Shown piece after piece: positions 24,439 to 29,404 of a DNA stretch of 29,404 bases. The first letter of the stretch is position 1. Every line of letters begins with the position of its first letter. The notes below the pieces were generated by a model, which did no database searches, was not told the origin of the DNA, and saw nothing but the letters and a program-made list of their open reading frames with translations. The stretch spans positions 1 through 29,404 of the IMG/VR virus record IMGVR_UViG_3300027206_000008; one strand, given 5' to 3'. A program made the translations under genes and the position numbers. The stretch is from a virus (Duplodnaviria > Caudoviricetes).

Positions 24439-27400
24439 ATGTATACATATAAAGATAGAAAGTTAACTAAAGAGCAGGTAGATAAACTCGCTGCTGAAAA
24501 AGGTGTTGAAGTTGATGTTTTTTTAACTAACAACCCAGATATACAAATACAGGAGGCAGTAGTAGAAACTACTGAACCAGAGGGAAAGACACCAACCACA
24601 GAGACGGACACGACTGTGGATGTAACCGAAGTGTCCGATACGGAATTGCCATCGGCAGATGGTTCTTTGGAGCCAGCAAGGACTAGTGTTAGAAAAAAAA
24701 CTAGAAAGTCGGATATTGAAAAAAATATAAATAAAAAATTAGACGAATCCATTGAAGCTTTTGAAGAAAATTTAATTGATTTAAACTTAAGTAATATTTC
24801 TGAAAAAAACTTAATATCTATTCAGAATACAGCCGTAGATTATTTGGTTTCTACATCTGAAGATCCAAATAACTATAGTTATACTGAAGAAGATGTCAAT
24901 GCTGCGACAAAAAACATATTAGATAAAGCTTCTGATATAAGAAACAAAAAGCTACAGCTGAAAGAGCAAGTAATAAACACTACTGTTGCCGAAAGTTTAA
25001 GTAACGCTTGGGAAAATCTTAAATTAGATAAAAAACGAATAGGAGAGTTTTGGAGTGGAGATTCAGAAGCATTAGACATAGCTACTGCGGCTATTTATAA
25101 CGGTGTTTTTGGTCAAGAAGTTATTGACGAATTTGTAAACAAAAACAAAGACAAAGAGTGGCTAACAAAAGGTCTTGGTACTGAAGAGCTATTAGAAAGC
25201 ATACCTAAATTTGAAGAACAGCAAACTAGAAAACTACAGACTTTACCTATAATAGAAAGTTTTAGACAAGGAGAGATAATAAAAGGCGGTGCAGCTGTGT
25301 TAAGTGGAATTATAAGTGGAATTGGCTCTATAGGTTACGGTGCATTTACAGGTGGAGCTGGTTTTGCTATGGATTATATTGCTGAAAATTATATTGAATT
25401 TAACGAAGGACTTGCTGAAAGAAAAAATAAAAGTGTAGAACAATTAATATTAGATGGAGAAGATAACGTTAGGGTACCAGTCGGTATAGCCGCCGTACAG
25501 TCTTTAGCTGAGAATATTGGTATAGGTAGGATAACTAAAGCTACTAAAGGAATACCAAAAAAACCTATACCTACTAAATTCTTTGACTCGCCATATGCTA
25601 TAAAAACAGCTGACATTTTAGGCACTGGAACTACTGAATTTACTACTGAAATAATTCAAGGAAGTTTAGGTAAATATAACGAAGCGTTAGGACAGACAGG
25701 TGAAATTGATAAAGCTTTTGAAGCTTTTACAGATCATATGACTTCTCAACAAGGTCTTGAAGAAGGTATACAGGGTTTTGCTACTGGAGCTGGAATAAAA
25801 GGAGGATCTTACTCTTTAAAGGCTGTAAACAATCTTAGATCACCAGACGAAAGCGAAGCTATACAGGCTGATATAGTTGAATTAGGTGACTTAAACAAGC
25901 AAGCAGTAAAAACCAAAAGCAAAACAGTAAAAGAAGGCATAGAGGCTAAAATAAAAGAAGTAAAAAGTAGATTAGACTCTAGAATAACAAAAGGAAACGC
26001 TTTGTTTTCAAAATTAACTCCAACTGAAATAGATGAAGTTAATAACATGGGAGACTTAAGTAGTTTGCAAATTAAGAGAGTTAAAGACTTAAGTTTAGAA
26101 CTAGACGAAGGCAAGATAAGTAGAGAAGAGTATTTAGTGGCTTTAGAAGGCTTTAAAAGCACTTTTATTGATGCTAAAAATAGGATAAAAGGTATATCTG
26201 TTGAAGTTGAAAAAAGAGAACAAGTTTCTGAAACTAAACTAGCTGAAGACATTGACGTTGGAGTTTCTGCTGATAATCTATTAAAATCTTCAATAAACGA
26301 AGAAAACACAGCTATAGTTTTAGATCCCGAATCTACACCCGCTCAAATAGATAAAGCGAAAACAACTTTAGTTGAAAATAATCAAGGTATAATAAATAAT
26401 GTTATAAACAAAAGTTTTAAGCGGGGTCTTGACACTGATTTAACTAGAGAAGAATTTGCGGCTGATATAGGCTTAGAGGTTCAAAAACTAATAAACACGT
26501 ACGGCAAAAACAAAAAGACTGGTAAAACAGCTCCTTTTGGTATCTATTTGAGAGATAATTTGCCTTTGAGAGTTCCAGCTATATTTGATAAGCAGCTTCA
26601 AACAGTTGATGGAGATATAGTTGGAAAAGTAGACGTAAGTAAGGCTGATCAAGAAACTACTGAAGACGCTGAAATTGAAACAACTGAAACGGAATTAGCA
26701 CCAGAAAGAGTATTTTTAAGCGAAGAAGTGGTTCTTCCTGACAATGTAAATAGTGAGATCAATAAAGTAGTTACTGATTTATTTTCAAAAGGTAAAATAC
26801 CTGAAATAGGAACAAAAGAGTTTACTAAATACGTAGAAGGTACTTACAAAAACGAATTAAAACCTATAATGGCTAAATTTATAGGTAAAAATACTGATGC
26901 TTCTTTAGAAATATTTTTAAGAGAAAACTTTAAAGAAATTTATGCCGGTATACCTCAAAGTATTATAAATAAGAGATTTCCTGCATTTAAAGAAGCTGTT
27001 TTAGATAAAGAAGGTAAACAAGTTAGAGAAAAAACGGCTCAAGGTAATGCTGTTTTTAAAAAGAAAGACATAACTCCAGCCGAATTTATTAAAAACTTCT
27101 TAGGTAGAGACGTAGGTAAATCAACTCAAGGAACAAGAAAAGATGCTTTAGCCGAGACTATGGCTATTATATATGCGAACGAAGCTAGTTTAGGTATTTT
27201 AGAGAATCCAGAAGTGCAAAAAGCTTTTAAAGATATACAAACTTTAAAACCTAAAGATGCTATACAATCTATAGATAATTTAATTAAGTATGTAGATTCT
27301 AATTATGGCAGAAAATCTGGAAAACTTTTTGCTGGGCCATTAGGCGTTGCTGCTGATTTACTTATAACCGCTTTAAAAGCTATAAAAGCAGCTATTAAGG

Positions 27401-29404
27401 CAGGTAAAAGCGTTTTAAACGCTGTAAAAGAAGGTTTATTGCCTATTGAAGAGGTAATTTCTAAAGAAATAGGAGAAAAAGATACAGCTAAATTAATGCC
27501 TAATCTAGCAAAAAAACTAGAAACAGCCTTAAATGCTGGTGATGATGCTGATGTGTCTAAGGTTATAGATGACTTTATGTCTGAGTACTCTAAATATCTT
27601 CCAAAAGAAAAACAAGAAGCTTTAATTCAATTAAAAAAAGATCCAACAAGTAAAGAAGCTAAAGAAATAATTGAAAATGTAGACGAACAAACTGCATTAA
27701 GCGAAGGTGTTTCTATTGAAGAATTTAACAAAAGAAATTTTCAAGCAGCTACAAACTGGAAAGACGCGGTTGTACCTATAGCTAAAATGTTTGGTGTTGA
27801 TATAGATTATATAAAACCGTCTTCGTATCTTTCTACTGAAGCTAATGAGAAAAGAACTGTTGATTTCTTCAAAGAAGTTGTAGGGTTTTTTCCAGAAATA
27901 TCAAAACTTCCTAAATTTCTTTTAAAAGCTTTAAAACCAACAGTTGCTACTGGAAAAAGTTTAAAAAGAGCAGATGGTACAAGGTTAAATGTAGATTGGT
28001 TTAATAACGCTATGAGTGGCATTGGTAAAGGTAAGACACAAAGCTGGATGAAGCAAGTGTATCAGCCTACTATATGGGGATACGGAAAACCAACTAAAAA
28101 AAGTCCTAAAGGATCTGGTTTCAAAGGTGCTATGGAAAGCAAGTTAGATCAATTGACTGATAACGGTAAGAACAATTTAACTTTAAAGCAAGAAAAAGAG
28201 TTTGTTGAGTTTGTTAGAGATTTTTTAACTCACCCTGATTTATTAAATTCTGTAAACGAAAACGGATTTAAAAATGGATACGAATTAACCGTAGAGGCAA
28301 ATAGAAAAGCTATTGAGTTTCTGTATAGTAATCTTGGTGAATTATATTTTAAAGCTAAAGACAAAAAAACAGCGTTAGAAAATATAAACTCTTTTTTACA
28401 AATGCAAACTAACCATGCTGATGGTATAATAAAAGGTTTAGTGCCTGTTATAAGCGTAACAACAAAGCCAGAAGCAAATCCAGACTTTAAGGATGCTAAC
28501 GTGGAAACCCACAACGAGCATATGGTTGAACTTTTTAATGCTAACCAAAGATTTTTAAGTATACTTTCTGAAGGTAAAAATGGTTTTGAAAATAAAATAA
28601 CCAATATGGTTAAAAACCTTAATCAGTCTTTGATATCTAAAAAAGCTCAAGGTTTAAAAGACTCTTCAGAATCTGGAGGAGCATCAGGTCAGATGTCTGA
28701 AAATCAATTTTTAAATACTTTTTTAACAAAAGATTTTGCAGATAATCAATTGATGATAATTGGTGAACAAGGTGAAAGTGTTACTGATTATTTAATTAAA
28801 AATTACAGTGTTGGAGTTCTTAAAGATGTTCTAAATGGTATACCAAATAAAGATGCTTCTGTTGACGCTGTTGATTTAAGTCAAGCTATAAATTATATAG
28901 ATGAATTTAAAAAATTAAAAAAGGACAACAACAACATACTTCCCGTTGATGAAAAACTAGAAGGTTATTACACTAATGATCAAGTTTTAAACACAGCTTC
29001 AGATATAGATTCGAATAGCACTAGCGAAGAAATAAAATTTACTAAAGAACTAAGTCTTGATAAAGATTTTAATGACATTATAGAAAACAAAACCGGTATA
29101 GCATCAGATAAAACTTATGCTAGAGTTAAAGCTGAGGTCGCTGGAGCTAATAAAGGTAAATTTAATTTCTTTATTCCACCATCAGCTGAAGACTTCGTAG
29201 GTTTATTATACTCTACTTTAGGCAAAGGATCTACTGGTGACGCTCAAATGGCTTGGTATAAAGCTCATTTGCTAAATCCGTTTGCAAGAGCAATGGAAAA
29301 CTTAGCTAATGACAGAGCTAACATGATGCAAGACTTTAGAGGACTTAAAAAAGCTTTGAAGATTGTGCCTAAAAATCTACGCAAAAAAATAAAAGATAGT
29401 AACT
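24439..29404 (+). CDS. Giant putative internal virion/ejection protein, >1655 aa, 3'-truncated (absent from the ORF track because it has no stop)
   Basis: ATG 24439 follows the upstream TAG. The frame is open in every portion I translated, including the window end (MYTYKDRKLT...FFIPPSAEDFVGLLY...). A Gly/Ala hydrophobic segment lies near 25280-25380. Confidence 0.88.
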   Translation, partial: MYTYKDRKLTKEQVDKLAAEKGVEVDVFLTNNPDIQIQEAVVETTEPEGKTPTTETDTTVDVTEVSDTELPSADGSLEPARTSVRKKTRKSDIEKNINKKLDESIEAFEENLIDLNLSNISEKNLISIQNTAVDYLVSTSEDPNNYSYTEEDVNAATKNILDKASDIRNKKLQLKEQVINTTVAESLSNAWENLKLDKKRIGEFWSGDSEALDIATAAIYNGVFGQEVIDEFVNKNKDKEWLTKGLGTEELLESIPKFEEQQTRKLQTLPIIESFRQGEIIKGGAAVLSGIISGIGSIGYGAFTGGAGFAMDYIAENYIEFNEGLAERKNKSVEQLILDGEDNVRVPVGIAAVQSLAENIGIGRITKATKGIPKKPIPTKFFDSPYAIKTADILGTGTTEFTTEIIQGSLGKYNEALGQTGEIDKAFEAFTDHMTSQQGLEEGIQGFATGAGIKGGSYSLKAVNNLRSPDESEAIQADIVELGDLNKQAVKTKSKTVKEGIEAKIKEVKSRLDSRITKGNALFSKLTPTEIDEVNNMGDLSSLQIKRVKDLSLELDEGKISREEYLVALEGFKSTFIDAKNRIKGISVEVEKREQVSETKLAEDIDVGVSADNLLKSSINEENTAIVLDPESTPAQIDKAKTTLVENNQGIINNVINKSFKRGLDTDLTREEFAADIGLEVQKLINTYGKNKKTGKTAPFGIYLRDNLPLRVPAIFDKQLQTVDGDIVGKVDVSKADQETTEDAEIETTETELAPERVFLSEEVVLPDNVNSEINKVVTDLFSKGKIPEIGTKEFTKYVEGTYKNELKPIMAKFIGKNTDASLEIFLRENFKEIYAGIPQSIINKRFPAFKEAVLDKEGKQVREKTAQGNAVFKKKDITPAEFIKNFLGRDVGKSTQGTRKDALAETMAIIYANEASLGILENPEVQKAFKDIQTLKPKDAIQSIDNLIKYVDSNYGRKSGKLFAGPLGVAADLLITALKAIKAAIKAGKSVLNAVKEGLLPIEEVISKEIGEKDTAKLMPNLAKKLETALNAGDDADVSKVIDDFMSEYSKYLPKEKQEALIQLKKDPTSKEAKEIIENVDEQTALSEGVSIEEFNKRNFQAATNWKDAVVPIAKMFGVDIDYIKPSSYLSTEANEKRTVDFFKEVVGFFPEISKLPKFLLKALKPTVATGKSLKRADGTRLNVDWFNNAMSGIGKGKTQSWMKQVYQPTIWGYGKPTKKSPKGSGFKGAMESKLDQLTDNGKNNLTLKQEKEFVEFVRDFLTHPDLLNSVNENGFKNGYELTVEANRKAIEFLYSNLGELYFKAKDKKTALENINSFLQMQTNHADGIIKGLVPVISVTTKPEANPDFKDANVETHNEHMVELFNANQRFLSILSEGKNGFENKITNMVKNLNQSLISKKAQGLKDSSESGGASGQMSENQFLNTFLTKDFADNQLMIIGEQGESVTDYLIKNYSVGVLKDVLNGIPNKDASVDAVDLSQAINYIDEFKKLKKDNNNILPVDEKLEGYYTNDQVLNTASDIDSNSTSEEIKFTKELSLDKDFNDIIENKTGIASDKTYARVKAEVAGANKGKFNFFIPPSAEDFVGLLYSTLGKGSTGDAQMAWYKAHLLNPFARAMENLANDRANMMQDFRGLKKALKIVPKNLRKKIKDSN
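24582..24637 (+). promoter_or_regulatory. Putative programmed -1 ribosomal frameshift signal (slippery heptamer plus H-type pseudoknot)
   Basis: In-frame G GGA AAG at 24582-24588 and a 7-nt spacer. S1: CCACAG 24596-24601 / CTGTGG 24614-24619. S2: CGGACAC 24605-24611 / GTGTCCG 24631-24637. Confidence 0.75.

Noticed and set aside
24551-24556. AGGAGG upstream of the slippery site as an SD-like frameshift stimulator
   Set aside because: It is about 25 nt upstream, beyond the roughly 10-14 nt spacing of dnaX/IS-type stimulators, and SD use appears absent in this genome.
24414-28604. Minus-strand ORFs listed in the track over this region
   Set aside because: They are antisense shadows of the giant + strand ORF starting at 24439.
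1-29404. Stop-codon reassignment as in some crAss-like phages
   Set aside because: Core genes are intact under code 11, and TAG ends genes (239, 4878, 10558, 24437) with new starts close behind.
24439-29404. Giant protein as a virion RNA polymerase
   Set aside because: I spotted no DxDGD/DFDID-type catalytic motif in the visible part. The gene is truncated, so this is unresolved rather than excluded.

Overview
AT-rich dsDNA bacteriophage segment with all credible genes on the + strand. It carries the late/virion module of a podovirus-like phage. The host is probably marine Bacteroidota (Flavobacteriia), inferred from A/T-rich leaders without Shine-Dalgarno sequences and from a gene order recalled as similar to Cellulophaga phi38:1-like and, more distantly, crAss-like phages. 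Gene order: a cluster of small basic proteins, two holin-like genes, a HExxH peptidase, a spike-base-like protein, a tandem GroES-like protein, probable TerS, TerL, portal, scaffold, major capsid protein, adaptor/ring proteins, a muzzle/nozzle split in two, a GNAT-like protein, ejection-like proteins, and a giant ORF (>1655 aa) running off the 3' end. The most notable signals are a hidden coding layer. (1) A complete -1 ribosomal frameshift signal (G GGA AAG, 7-nt spacer, H-type pseudoknot) sits at codons 49-50 of the giant gene. (2) A lipoprotein-like gene is overprinted in the +1 frame of terL, where GC content is locally elevated. (3) Two small basic ORFs (an MPFKS-type protein and an ArfA-like KKKYxRKxKHK protein) are nested in the +1 frame of the scaffold gene. 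All family assignments come from motif recognition by eye, not from database searches.
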